Shown here piece after piece: positions 7,880 through 18,755 of a stretch of DNA of 64,000 nucleotides. The DNA lies in IMG/VR virus record IMGVR_UViG_3300020599_000004, positions 63,831 through 127,830 of that record; one strand, 5' to 3'. Made by a program: the position numbers and the translations under genes. Under the pieces are notes generated by a model. It saw nothing but the letters and a program-made list of their open reading frames with translations, was not told the origin of the DNA and ran no database searches. Position 1 is the stretch's first letter. Each line of letters opens with the position of its first letter. Source of the stretch: a virus.

Positions 7880-9896
7880 GACGGTCAGTGCGTTGGGATA
7901 CAGCCTTGAGGAGTTCCCCTGCCCAAGTACCCATCGCCCAGTTCGCAAAGTGCGCTGGCGATTTCCACTGGTTGAAAGCTGCCATTTGTTGCGTCAGACG
8001 AAGGCGCATCTTCCGCATCGGATTGACCTGTGCTTCGAGTGGCAAGCTACCGAGTACAGCGAGGTAATCGGTGTACTTGTTATCATCGTCATAGGTCGAT
8101 GGCATGAATGCCGACGCAATGCCCGCCCCAATATTAGCACCGGTGGTGCTATCGCCACCGGTAAACTTGGAGATGGCTGCGCCAAGCCCACTACCTGCCC
8201 CGGCGATAGCAGCCTGCACGGTGGAGAAACTGGCGTTGATTGGCATGTGCACCACTTCCGAAAGATCCATGAACGTGATGTTCACATCAACACCCAAGTA
8301 GCGCCCATCGTTCGTCCAACCGACATCACCCACACCCCGAGTGATTGACAAGGATTCCACCATGCCCAGACGAATCTGAGTACGGCCTTTGTTGAACAAC
8401 TCCAGGATGAAGGGTGAGGTGTAGGATTGCTTACCCGTGGACAGCGGAAGGGCCATCGCCAAGAGCATGCACATCGGGACGATGATGTTCTGCAACCTGG
8501 AGAGGTCGTTACCATAGGGGGAGCGTAGCGGGATGGTGAAACTGCTACGGCCTACATCCGCAGTCGAGGCATCCCAGGTTTTCGGAATATCCGCAAACGC
8601 AGACCCTGCCAGCGCCGCGATACCATGGATCGACAGACCTTCCGCGATACCATTGACTGTATCAGTGGCTGCTTTCACCACCGCACCGATGAGGCCTGCG
8701 CTGTCCACATTACCGTCTGCCAAGTCAAAACGTGTCGACCTGGCTTTGGACGACATGCTGTTGATGGTGCTGGCAATGCCCGATTCCTTAGTAGACGTCG
8801 AGAAGGATTCCGACTGAGGACCGGTATGGTCCACACGGAAAGTCACGAAGTCAGAACCCATGCGTCGTTCTGCGGTGAAGAAGGAACTCATCGAGTTGAC
8901 GAAGGACTCATCACGAACGTCCACTTCCATGGAGGATTCCGTGACTTCCTTGTCTTCGTCCTTGACAGTGTAGATACCGTCATTACTTTCCAGATAGAGC
9001 CTCATGTATTCACGCAGGTCGCCCTTACCCACGTCTTGCACGGTCGGGTTCCATTGCGTCATCCGCTTCATGCGATTGGTCAGGTCAGTGGCATTGGCAG
9101 AAGACACCACCTCTTGTTCCAGGGCATCACGGAAGGCATTCGCCAGGCGCTGAGCACGGTTAGCCACGGCATAGATATCGATACCACCATCACTGCGGTA
9201 GATATCCGGCAGCAGCTTGTGTGTGGCTGCAATGGCAGCTTTCTGTTCCTCAGCGTCATTAACCGAATCTGGATCAATCAGTCCAGAGTTGCCAGTCTTT
9301 GCGTCTGAGGTGAACAATCGAGGGATCACACCCAGGTTAACCGCGATGCCGTTGACCATGGTGGCTACGGCATTCCAGTACAACGGCATGGTGGGTTTAA
9401 GGTAGTAGTAACGACTGGCGGGTTTCTCCAGTAGCAACCTGATCAACTTAGCCGTGAGCAGAATGGGTTGTAAAGGCAACGAGACCACAGTACCGGTCAA
9501 ACGACCGACATCGTAGAAGATGCTCGGTGTACGACCGGTACGAGCCAGACTCGATGCCTCGACATTGTAGAAGTCGCCGAAGAAACGCGTCAAGCTATTG
9601 AATTTGGGTACGCCCAAACGAATGTGAATCGTCTGTGCGTTATCGTCGATTACCTCGCTGTAGAAGCGCCCCATGCCCTTCCCCGCCGTGTAGCGACCAG
9701 GTCGCTTAATGTCGGCATTACGGGTGAATTGGGGAAATGCGTTGATGGCAAAGTTACCACCCAGCGTGGTATCGGTAAACTTTTGGTCTGCTGTGGTGTA
9801 GACCCGACGGACGGCGTCGTACGCCTCGTCAATCGAATTCTGAGGCATCAGAAACGACTGACGGACCCAATCGGCGTCCTTCAGTGACATCCGCAT
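7875..9896 (-). CDS. virion structural protein, baseplate/tail-tip (phiKZ gp182-like)
   Basis: About 673 aa, directly downstream of the gp181-like gene as in phiKZ. The C-terminal region (LGMVESLSITRG...GVDVNITF) resembles tube/hub folds. Start is uncertain (9890/9896/9902). Confidence 0.7.
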   Translation of the reverse strand: MRMSLKDADWVRQSFLMPQNSIDEAYDAVRRVYTTADQKFTDTTLGGNFAINAFPQFTRNADIKRPGRYTAGKGMGRFYSEVIDDNAQTIHIRLGVPKFNSLTRFFGDFYNVEASSLARTGRTPSIFYDVGRLTGTVVSLPLQPILLTAKLIRLLLEKPASRYYYLKPTMPLYWNAVATMVNGIAVNLGVIPRLFTSDAKTGNSGLIDPDSVNDAEEQKAAIAATHKLLPDIYRSDGGIDIYAVANRAQRLANAFRDALEQEVVSSANATDLTNRMKRMTQWNPTVQDVGKGDLREYMRLYLESNDGIYTVKDEDKEVTESSMEVDVRDESFVNSMSSFFTAERRMGSDFVTFRVDHTGPQSESFSTSTKESGIASTINSMSSKARSTRFDLADGNVDSAGLIGAVVKAATDTVNGIAEGLSIHGIAALAGSAFADIPKTWDASTADVGRSSFTIPLRSPYGNDLSRLQNIIVPMCMLLAMALPLSTGKQSYTSPFILELFNKGRTQIRLGMVESLSITRGVGDVGWTNDGRYLGVDVNITFMDLSEVVHMPINASFSTVQAAIAGAGSGLGAAISKFTGGDSTTGANIGAGIASAFMPSTYDDDNKYTDYLAVLGSLPLEAQVNPMRKMRLRLTQQMAAFNQWKSPAHFANWAMGTWAGELLKAVSQRTDRP

Positions 9897-9957
9897 GGTC
9901 ACCTCTGGTGTTATCTGGTTAAAGGAAAGGGGGAGGACAACCTCCCCCTGATTACCG

Positions 9958-12900
9958 CTAGAACGTTGAACGCCGTGCTACACTGACAGGCAGTGCTGGC
10001 ATGGCTTGAGGGTTGCGCAGGAACGGTGGCACACCTGCCGTGGAGCTTTTAGGTGCCGCTACGGGTTGCGCTTGCGGTTGCCCTTTAGGCTCAGCGGTTT
10101 TAGCTTGCATCAATTGCAGGATCATACCCAACTTCTGGTCCATGGATTGCGACACTTGCAGTTGAGCATTCAGTACAGCGGTCACCGAGTCTACTGACGT
10201 GGTCAGCTGCTGGTTTTCCTTACTGGACTGTTTCTGCGCGATGGCAGCCTGCACCTGCGGCGTGGGCAATGCCGGAGCATCGTTTGCCACAGGGGTGGTG
10301 AGACCCGCTGCTGCGGAAGGTTGTACACCCGTAGCGGCAGCGCTGTCCTTACCTGCTGCCACTGCATCGGCACCCATGGCTCCCATTGCAGGAGCATTGC
10401 TTTGGGCTTGTTGCGTATAGGTGCCATTGTTAACGCCTTTCATGGCTTTGGCCACTTCAGGGTCCATCTGCCCCAGGCTACCGGCGGTAGGCCCAGAAAC
10501 GTTGTTCCCATTGGCGGTAGCAGCCGCTTCTGCGATTTTACCCACCTGATCCTTGTTGAGCACCGTAGAAGCCACATCCTGCCCCGGTTGTAGGTCATGC
10601 ATTCGACGTCCTTTGTTCAACCGCGAGGACATCTCTTGCACCACTTCACCCACGGTACGTGGACGACCGCTCGCAAAGAAGATGGAAGAGTTCGCGCTCG
10701 GTACGTTGGAATCGACGTACTTGGTGGAGACGTCACCCGGTGGGGCGCTGAGGAACCTACCCGCACCATTCGGGCCAAGGAAGTGAGCCATGTACAGGTC
10801 GGTGTCGGTGATCTGACGACCTAGTCGCTTCTGAAGATAGTCCGCATTCTCTTTCAAGAACTCCATGCCCATCAGCGCGTTTGCACGTGCATCAGTAGGA
10901 GGCGTTCGGGGATCAATCCCGTACTTACCGGCGTACTTCTCTATCATGCTCTTCCAAGTCCCTCCAATGAACTGGAAGAGCCCCGTTGCCGTAGACGTAC
11001 CCGCCTTGGCATTGGGTTTGAAGCTGGACTCGATTGCCGCCACTGTGGCTGCTGTGGCTGGGTCAAACCCTGCCATCTTAGCCGCAGCGATGATCGTGTC
11101 TCGGACACCGTTCCACCCATCACCCGTGGGCATCGGAATCTGGTTGATGTCACCGCCTGTACCGTTACCCGGTTGGGCCATGGGCATCCCACTGCCAACA
11201 CCTGCCCCGTAGAACGGAATGGTGCCGGCGATTCCTTGTTTGGACTTGTTGAACGAATCCCCCATCTTTTGCAAGATGGATGTCCGTTGGGTGATCTCAC
11301 CAGTCTTGTAGCCCGACAGCGGTGAGGGCGCCTGGGTGAAATCGACCTTAGCTTTGTTATCCTTGCTGATGGGTCGATTGTTCTTCGGCGTGATGGCGTT
11401 AAGGAATTGCTCGGTGTACTTCTTCTTATCCTCAGGTCCTTTGAGGGCATCGATGTTACCTTTGATGCTTTCCTTGTCCTCGTTCAAGACATAATCCGGC
11501 CAAGGACTGGCTTTGACTTCCCAGATGGACACCTTCTCGTCCTGGAAGGTCGTCTGAGCGGCGGCTGTTTCTTGCAGCACTTCAGCCATTTCATTGCCGC
11601 TAAGCTTCTTCATGGCCAAATAGGCGTCGATCTTCTGACGTGCCCGTACCGAGGTGGCGTACTGCATCATGACCGGCAGGAAGCGGAACCGATACCAGAC
11701 GTACCAGTCAGTCTTAGCCCGCGTGTTGGTCGTGGAAACACCAAAACGCTGCATGGCGTCAGCCACGAACTCATCTGAGCGCTTGTCCACGTTGGCAACG
11801 CCATCGCTATCGTACTCGATGATCGGCCAGACCTGGCTTTCCAGGTACATCAGGTTGTCGGCCTTGGATTTCTCCAGATCGACCAAGCCATAGATCTTGA
11901 ACCGAGCAGCCATGGCAGCATCAAGTTGCGATGCAGGAGCTTTAGCAGGCTTGAATAGCTTACCTGCAACCCAGTTGGCGATCACGCCACCACCGATACC
12001 ACCCAGTAGCGTTCCTGCTGCGGTTAGCGCCATCTTGGCCAGGTTCGAGGGTGTTAGGGTGTCCTTGATCCCTTGCCAGAACCGTGACATGATCCCAGGT
12101 TTGCCCTGGGGACCAATACCCGTAATGGACGCCACGCCCTGATCCGTGGTCTTTTTGGCAAGCTCCGCTGCTTTCGCCTGTTCAGGGCTGGCCAACTTAT
12201 CCTTGTCGCTACGTCCAGGACCTGCCTTGTAGTAGAACTCGGCATCGCTGACCCACGACTTCACGTCGTTGGCGTCGCAGTCCAGATCCCCAGAGAACGG
12301 ACTATTGTCCGTGTCGTCGTAGGCATCTTCCAACTGTTCCAGCTTGGTGGCTTTGACGTAGTCCAGACCCAGTTCCTTGGGCAGTTTGTCGTCAGCTTCA
12401 AAGACTTGCGCCCCTTTAACCATCGAGTGCAGCGTGGTGGCATGAGAGAGGAAGACCGGCTTGAACCGCTTCTGGAACCAGATGATCCAGCGCTTGATAC
12501 GCTCACGATCACCGGTTTGCCGTGGGTCGATTCCAAAGATCGGGAAGACTTGCATTGGCGTAATGGATTTGTCATCCAGCGTAGCCAGTTCTCCATCGTT
12601 GCCGAACCGGAGGGCTTTACCGCAGACCTCCTCCAGCTTCATGACGGCTTCAATTTCCTTATTGTCGTGCGGGCTAACCCCGTACTGCGCCATCCGCATG
12701 GAACCCAGCACCCCCAATTTCTTGTTGAGGTACTTGTACATCTTGTACGCACCGTAGCCAACGACACCAACGGCAGCAGCACCCAGCAGTACAGGTGCCG
12801 AAACGAGACCCGCCAGCAGTGTGCCCAGTCCAGTGGCGACTGCTCCTGCTGCGGTGGCGATACCGCCTGCCACTGCCCCAGCCACGGGTAGAGCTTCACC

Positions 12901-15900
12901 CAGCCACGGCAAGAAGGGTAACAGTTTCAGGGCTTGTCGGCCACCCCATTTGAGGAAACCCCATCCCTTACTTCCTGCCCACTTAGCCTTACCCAAGAAC
13001 CCTTTGGAGTTTTTCCAAGTGCGTTTGGGCTTCCTTTTACCCTTACCTTTTCCTTTCCCCTTCTCTTCGCCATCACCACCGATAGAACCACCGATGTTGA
13101 TGTCGCCATCATCCCGATCTTCCTCGATCTCTTCCTGACGCTGGAAGAACTTCTTGAAGAGCCCGCCCAAGCCATCGAGCAAACCACCGCTCGACTGCTT
13201 GCCCGATTCCGCTTTCGCTTCCTCGTCGGCTTTCTTCTTCTCCTTGCTCCGCATGATGTCTTGCCAGGAATTATCCCGGATACCATCGTCATCGGAATCA
13301 CCCAAGACTTTTTTCTTCACTGGGAAGCGAGCCTTAAGGTGTTTCAGGATTTCATCTTGGATGCTGGTCTGATGATAACTCAGGGAAACCAGGTCGTCCA
13401 TCGGCTCGCCCGTGGATTTACCACGTGCTTTAATGCCTTTACCGGTGAAGAGGTTCTTAAGCCCCTTGATGCCACCAGTGAGTTTCTTGGTCCACCAGTT
13501 GGTGAGCGTAAAGGGTAAACTGAACGCCGCCTTACCAAACTCTTTCAGGTTACCTAGCAGGTTGGCACCTTGTTCCATCTTCTTGCCAAGGAAGTCACGG
13601 AATCCACCGCTGTTACGCAGCTCCTCTGCCGTAACGACGATGTTACCCGCTTTGTCGACCACCGTGCCCTTGATGTCGTCGTAGGTACGGATAACCTTCT
13701 TGGTTGCTTGATCGAAGTACCCACCCTCTTCCATGAGGACAGCACGGATACGCGGGATGGACTCGTTGTTGATGTAACCATCCTTGATCTTGTCCTTGGT
13801 CCGACCAAATGCCGCGCCGATACCCGCTTTCGCCCCTTTCCACAGCAGGGCATAAGGCAGGGTGGAAGCCTGGAGATAACCCTTGGTCAGTTTGCCCATG
13901 AGGGAAGCTGCTTTACCTGCTAGCGACTTACCGTAGACATCCTTAAGACCTTGAGCATACTCTTCAGCATCCAGCACCAGGTTACCGGCTTTATCCCGTA
14001 CAGGACCGGTAATATCCTTGGCAGACTGGATCACCTTCTTGGTGTTCTCGTCGATGTACTCGCCAGCTTCGATCAACTTCTTACGCAAGGCCGGGACCTG
14101 ATCCTGACCTTTGACGTAGATGTCAGCCACCTTATCCTTGGCAAAGGCTTTCTTCGTAGCCCACCAGCCCAGACCCGCAGTTTTCTTGGTAGCCCACCAG
14201 GCACCCAGTCCAGCGCCTTTATAGAGGTTACCCCACATGCGAGTGTAAGCACCGATGCCTTTGGCGCCCTTACCAAAGGCCCACTTGGCACCTCGCCACA
14301 AACGGTTTCCTTTGCGATTTTGGTTACCAGGTGCAGGCGGACCATCCCCTGCACTCCCTTCACCTCCTCCTTCACCGCAGCACTCTTTGGAGGCGATATA
14401 CCCTAACAAGTCGATCATCTGGCCTGACAGCTCCAGTTGACTTTGACGACCGGTTTGGATAACCTCCTTCATCGAGCGCAATTCACCGAGGATGATGCTC
14501 TCATTGCCCAAGTAGCGACTCAGCAAGAGATCACTGACTTCTTGCGTGCCGCCTAGCGTCGGCGTTTCATCCAGCGGGCCAGGTCCAGGGGTAGGTGGTA
14601 CAGGAGGTCTGCCACGCTCACCACGAGGAGGACGAGGAGGACGGCGACGCTTGCGCTTACCACCACGATTACCCGGAGGTTGTCCCGCGGGTTTCTTATC
14701 GTCTTCTCCATCGAGCAGATCCCAGATGTTGTCGAAGTCGATCCGATCATTACGGCCATTGCCGCTGATTAGGCCGAGCTCACGCAGGTTGTCCAGACCG
14801 AACGCGTTGGCATAGCCGCGCAGGCGATCACCCACAGCCGGGATGATATTCTGCATCCGATCGAACTTATCTTGCAGGCTGACCATGCGTTCGTGGTACT
14901 GGGTCGAGTTGTCTGCTTCATTGCCGTCGTAGTCCAAACCGAACTCATTACGGAAGAAGTAGCGCAGCTCATCGATCGCCTCGTCCGAGAGGTTCTGGCG
15001 ATAGTTCTCGCGTTTAGTGTAACGTCGAGGGTCGAAGGCCTCACCTCGTGCCAGATCACCGGTGATCTGCTTGAGCAGCACTTTGCGGTTACTTTCGGAG
15101 AGTATCTTATCCTTGTCGATATCATCCATCATCCGTTCGACTTCGGATTTGATGAGATCTGCTTCGTTCTTCGGCAGGATACTGGACTTGATGTCCTTGT
15201 GCAACACGCTCTTCTTGCTAAACCCACCTCTGGCGACGTTCCAGGTGTCCATGTCGTCATCCAGCTGACCGGTGGCGACACCTTTTACCCAATGGTTGAT
15301 CTGTGCCAGGTAACCCGGAATCACTTCATTGATCGAGCGATGGGTCATCCGGTCAAAGATTGCAGGCTGGTCAGACGTAAGCAGGTGGTTATCGGCTACC
15401 TTGTCGTTCAGGTAGAACTTAGGCATGATGTCCTTGAGCAGTTGCGTCAAGGTGGAACGCGCACCATAGCCTTGAGTTTCCGATTTTGCCCAGCGGTTGA
15501 GCTTCTGAGGCGCGCCAGTCAACAGCCGACCCAGCTTAGCCCCACCCCGCCGCAGACCCTCGTGCTTCTGCAAGAAGGGGTTGGCCATAATCGACAGGTA
15601 GTCCAGCGCCGTCCCGGTCAACATCTGACCTGCTACCATACCGGAGTTGGTAGCTTTGTCCATGCCGAACTCATCCCCACCGCCCATCCCCGCCAGACTG
15701 ACAGTGTCAGCCAGCGGAGAGACGATACCTTGCACCAGACCCGTCAGGTTCTGCATCAGCTGGTCACGGTAGTTCCGCGTCCAGTTGGAGATGGTGTTAA
15801 GACCAGCGCCCGTCAGGCGCTGTTTGAGCATCTGACTGGCCAGTTCACTCTTATGGATTTTAACGGCATCAGGGAGCGCGGTGTTTTTGACCACCTTCTC

Positions 15901-16653
15901 CATCGCTGCCATCATTTTCTCGTTTTGGACGTTGGTGATGTCCAACAGGTCCTTGGCCACGAAATAATGACGGTATTGCAGTTCCAGCGATTTCTGCTGG
16001 TACTTGATCAAGATGTTGTCTTGATACCCGACCAGGCGACTAATGCCTTTAGCGATGATGTTCAGCTGACCGATTTGGTCTTTATGCTGATCGTCCTGAA
16101 TCTTGTCACGGATCAGGCGGTTGGCATCATCCTTGTTCTGCTGCTGTGCACCCGCATCAGCTTGCAGTTTAAACATCTCACCCAGGACTTGGGTGATCTG
16201 GCTGTCTTCGTAGTCAGCTTTCAGTTTCTTGGCGTCATAAGCGGCACCTTGGCCGCCCATCGCAAAGTCTTCCAACTGTCGGCTGAGCCAATTACCTTTG
16301 CCGTTACCTGCAATTTTCTTGGCAAGTTTATCAGCAGAACGCCGTGCCACATCCGTGACTGGACGCAGCTCATCCGCGGCGGTATTGTATAGTTGCTTGG
16401 CGGACTCGAACGTGGCTTCCGCGACGTTAAGGCCTTGCGCGTACCCTTTGGGCAGCGCATTACGCAACACGCGCTTGGCAGTGTCCGGACTCGTCAGCTC
16501 GCTTTTTATGCCACTGAGAAACCCAGCCCCCAGACGAGTGACGGCTTTACGGTCGTCCTTCGTCGGGTCGGGGTCTTTGAACTCAGGGAGATCGAAATCG
16601 AAACTGTCGAAGTCAAAATCATCGAGTTCGATATCATCCTTTTTACGTGCCAT
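9958..16653 (-). CDS. tail tape-measure-like protein with C-terminal lytic transglycosylase (phiKZ gp181-like)
   Basis: 2231 aa with SLT motifs AAIESS...ATGLFQF...YMAHFLG near the C-terminus (about 10750-11050) and a central hydrophobic segment. It is divergent from the vRNAP beta' gene. Confidence 0.9.
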   Translation of the reverse strand: MARKKDDIELDDFDFDSFDFDLPEFKDPDPTKDDRKAVTRLGAGFLSGIKSELTSPDTAKRVLRNALPKGYAQGLNVAEATFESAKQLYNTAADELRPVTDVARRSADKLAKKIAGNGKGNWLSRQLEDFAMGGQGAAYDAKKLKADYEDSQITQVLGEMFKLQADAGAQQQNKDDANRLIRDKIQDDQHKDQIGQLNIIAKGISRLVGYQDNILIKYQQKSLELQYRHYFVAKDLLDITNVQNEKMMAAMEKVVKNTALPDAVKIHKSELASQMLKQRLTGAGLNTISNWTRNYRDQLMQNLTGLVQGIVSPLADTVSLAGMGGGDEFGMDKATNSGMVAGQMLTGTALDYLSIMANPFLQKHEGLRRGGAKLGRLLTGAPQKLNRWAKSETQGYGARSTLTQLLKDIMPKFYLNDKVADNHLLTSDQPAIFDRMTHRSINEVIPGYLAQINHWVKGVATGQLDDDMDTWNVARGGFSKKSVLHKDIKSSILPKNEADLIKSEVERMMDDIDKDKILSESNRKVLLKQITGDLARGEAFDPRRYTKRENYRQNLSDEAIDELRYFFRNEFGLDYDGNEADNSTQYHERMVSLQDKFDRMQNIIPAVGDRLRGYANAFGLDNLRELGLISGNGRNDRIDFDNIWDLLDGEDDKKPAGQPPGNRGGKRKRRRPPRPPRGERGRPPVPPTPGPGPLDETPTLGGTQEVSDLLLSRYLGNESIILGELRSMKEVIQTGRQSQLELSGQMIDLLGYIASKECCGEGGGEGSAGDGPPAPGNQNRKGNRLWRGAKWAFGKGAKGIGAYTRMWGNLYKGAGLGAWWATKKTAGLGWWATKKAFAKDKVADIYVKGQDQVPALRKKLIEAGEYIDENTKKVIQSAKDITGPVRDKAGNLVLDAEEYAQGLKDVYGKSLAGKAASLMGKLTKGYLQASTLPYALLWKGAKAGIGAAFGRTKDKIKDGYINNESIPRIRAVLMEEGGYFDQATKKVIRTYDDIKGTVVDKAGNIVVTAEELRNSGGFRDFLGKKMEQGANLLGNLKEFGKAAFSLPFTLTNWWTKKLTGGIKGLKNLFTGKGIKARGKSTGEPMDDLVSLSYHQTSIQDEILKHLKARFPVKKKVLGDSDDDGIRDNSWQDIMRSKEKKKADEEAKAESGKQSSGGLLDGLGGLFKKFFQRQEEIEEDRDDGDINIGGSIGGDGEEKGKGKGKGKRKPKRTWKNSKGFLGKAKWAGSKGWGFLKWGGRQALKLLPFLPWLGEALPVAGAVAGGIATAAGAVATGLGTLLAGLVSAPVLLGAAAVGVVGYGAYKMYKYLNKKLGVLGSMRMAQYGVSPHDNKEIEAVMKLEEVCGKALRFGNDGELATLDDKSITPMQVFPIFGIDPRQTGDRERIKRWIIWFQKRFKPVFLSHATTLHSMVKGAQVFEADDKLPKELGLDYVKATKLEQLEDAYDDTDNSPFSGDLDCDANDVKSWVSDAEFYYKAGPGRSDKDKLASPEQAKAAELAKKTTDQGVASITGIGPQGKPGIMSRFWQGIKDTLTPSNLAKMALTAAGTLLGGIGGGVIANWVAGKLFKPAKAPASQLDAAMAARFKIYGLVDLEKSKADNLMYLESQVWPIIEYDSDGVANVDKRSDEFVADAMQRFGVSTTNTRAKTDWYVWYRFRFLPVMMQYATSVRARQKIDAYLAMKKLSGNEMAEVLQETAAAQTTFQDEKVSIWEVKASPWPDYVLNEDKESIKGNIDALKGPEDKKKYTEQFLNAITPKNNRPISKDNKAKVDFTQAPSPLSGYKTGEITQRTSILQKMGDSFNKSKQGIAGTIPFYGAGVGSGMPMAQPGNGTGGDINQIPMPTGDGWNGVRDTIIAAAKMAGFDPATAATVAAIESSFKPNAKAGTSTATGLFQFIGGTWKSMIEKYAGKYGIDPRTPPTDARANALMGMEFLKENADYLQKRLGRQITDTDLYMAHFLGPNGAGRFLSAPPGDVSTKYVDSNVPSANSSIFFASGRPRTVGEVVQEMSSRLNKGRRMHDLQPGQDVASTVLNKDQVGKIAEAAATANGNNVSGPTAGSLGQMDPEVAKAMKGVNNGTYTQQAQSNAPAMGAMGADAVAAGKDSAAATGVQPSAAAGLTTPVANDAPALPTPQVQAAIAQKQSSKENQQLTTSVDSVTAVLNAQLQVSQSMDQKLGMILQLMQAKTAEPKGQPQAQPVAAPKSSTAGVPPFLRNPQAMPALPVSVARRSTF

Positions 16654-16721
16654 GGAACATCTCCTAATGGCGCACCAAAACTGTCATATCAAGTCAACAT
16701 TTACGGGAATTGAGGTGATTT

Positions 16722-18173
16722 ATGGACTTCAAAATGCTCCCGACCCAACTGTGGCTCCTGGAGCTTACGGACGAACGGGTCAGGCATTTGCGACCTGTGA
16801 CCAGCCTGGACATCTACGATGGTGCCACGGCCAACTTCCATGAGGATGGTCTGTACTCTACGTCGATCTTCGGCCGAGTCGGGACCCGTGAACGCGATGA
16901 GCGCTTCTCGTACATCGACATCAAGGCGTCTATCATGCACCCGAAAGTCTTCCGGGATTTGGTGGCGCTTAAAGGTCTCTATAAAGGCATCCTCTCGGGT
17001 AAAGAAACCGCTCGCTGGGACGATGAGATCAAAGACTTCGTCGCAGATAAGTCCTCGGCAGGGCAAACCGGCTATAGCTTCTTTATTAGCCACTGGAAAG
17101 ACATCGTCCTGCGTCGCAACAAATCGCCTTCACGCCAACAGCGTGTGGACTTTATCGAGAAGTACCGCGATAAGGCCATGACCAGCAGAGTGGTCGTTAT
17201 CCCGGCAGGTCTACGTGACCTGGAAATCGGCGACAACGGTCAAGCAACCAAGAACGAGATCAATGACCTGTACTACAAGTTGATCTCGATCAGCAACACC
17301 ATCATCAAGAACCGTGACATGGAGTCGCCAGCGCTGGATATCCCGCGCTATTCCCTGACCATGACCTTCTGCGAGATCTACGATCTGCTGGAGCAAATGA
17401 TCCAGGGTAAGAAAGGTTTTATGCTCAACCGCTGGGGCAGTCGTAAAGTCTTCAACTCCACGCGTAACGTGTTGTCGGTGATGGACACCAGCTCTTCGGT
17501 GCTGGGTGAACCCAATGCACCTGGCTACGACGCCACAGTACTCGGTCTGTTCCAGACAGCGAAGGGTCTGCAACCCCTGACCATCCACCTGCTGCGCAAC
17601 AGTTATCTGTCGAACATCTTTAGCGAAGGTGAATCGTCGGTGCCGTTGATCGACAAAAAGACCTGGCAACAGGAGATCACCTCGATCGCACCGGAAACCC
17701 GTGACGAGTGGACGACCAAGGAAGGTCTGCTTAATGTGCTCAACAGTTATTCGGATGTCGATGCGCGTCATCGTCCCGTAGAGGTAGAAGGCCGTTACCT
17801 GGCCCTGATCTACAAAGGCGACGACATGACGTTTAAGGTCTTCTACGACATCCGTGACTTACCGTCTCATCTGGACAAGAAGAAGGTCAGTCCCATCACC
17901 CTGGTGGAACTGCTGTACCTTTCCGGATATCGAGAATGGAACAAGTACTTCGTCTCGGTTACCCGATACCCCGTCACGGGTGTGGAATCCATTTACCCCA
18001 GCCGTGTGTACGTCAAGACCACCACGGTGGGCGAGGTACGTTACGAGTTGGGTGAGGATTGGGAACCGATGGGGGACGAATTCCGTGCGTTGGAATTCCC
18101 ACGCGCTGACATCAATTCCTTCATGGATTCGCAAGCGCCACACTCCTCCCGTCTTAAAGGCCTAAACGCGGAT
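16722..18173 (+). CDS. virion RNAP beta' N-terminal subunit, exon 1 (phiKZ gp180-like)
   Basis: DGLYSTSIFG, VIPAGLRD, GKKGF...GSRKVFNSTRNV; ends GLNAD, the first half of the catalytic NADFDGD motif. Confidence 0.93.
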
Positions 18174-18526
18174 TAACAGTAAAAGCATATATCTACATGC
18201 TTTGAATAAGTCCCCTCCAGGCGAAATCCTGGAGTGATATCTCCTTAATTGCTGGAAACCCCTAAAGCTGCTCCACCACTGCGAGCCGAAAGGCAAAGCC
18301 ATGGTTAGACAACGGAGCGGATATCACAATGGGCAATCAGCAGCCAAGCGCCGTACAGGTGAAGGTTCAACGACTAGAGCGTAGCGGCTCGTACCCGACA
18401 GCGTCGGGGAAATGGGAGACACCCTATCCCGTAAGGGAGGGTGAAGATATAGTCTGTTCCTGTAGGAGACTACAGGCGGGTGTCCTTGCACACCGGGTGG
18501 AAGTCGCGACTCCACTGGACAATAAG
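18174..18526 (+). mobile_element. group I intron 1 (IA2-like, 353 nt, no ORF)
   Basis: P AAUUGCUGGAAAC, Q AAUCAGCAGC, R GUUCAACGACUAG, S AAGAUAUAGUCU. P1 is exon GGAU / GUCC (18209-12) with a U.G pair; P10 is UUCGA/UUGAA. P7.1, P7.2 and P8 hairpins are present and the intron ends in G. Splicing restores NADFDGD. Confidence 0.95.
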
Positions 18527-18739
18527 TTCGATGGTGACACCGGTTCGGCCACCATTCTCATGACCCGTGAAGCATTGGAGGAGAATGAAGCGTACCTGGG
18601 TACCCGTCAGGCGTGGGTCTCGACCGATGGCAAATTACGCGCCAGCGCAGCCTACGATACCCTCGAACTGGTCGTACGCAACCTCACCGGCCGTTACGGC
18701 TACCAGCAAGAACAGCTTCGTAATCCGATGACTCAATAA
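18527..18739 (+). CDS. virion RNAP beta' N-terminal subunit, exon 2
   Basis: FDGDTGSATIL... 70 aa; the spliced product is 554 aa. Confidence 0.92.
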   Translation, partial: FDGDTGSATILMTREALEENEAYLGTRQAWVSTDGKLRASAAYDTLELVVRNLTGRYGYQQEQLRNPMTQ

Positions 18740-18755
18740 GCAGAGAGCTAAAACC

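Noticed and set aside
14872-16392. 506-aa plus-strand ORF
   Set aside because: Antisense to the gp181-like gene, with shadow-type composition. The same applies to 21385-22596, 24419-25867, 37086-38330, 51159-52592 and 62850-63830.
18174-18176. Stop-codon readthrough or reassigned genetic code as the explanation for broken RNAP ORFs
   Set aside because: The gaps are 353-592 nt and contain complete group I cores; TAA, TAG and TGA terminate normal genes throughout the window.
18329-18526. N-terminal part of ORF 18329-18739 as an intron-encoded protein
   Set aside because: It is simply the ribozyme Q/R/S core read in frame with exon 2, and has no endonuclease motifs.
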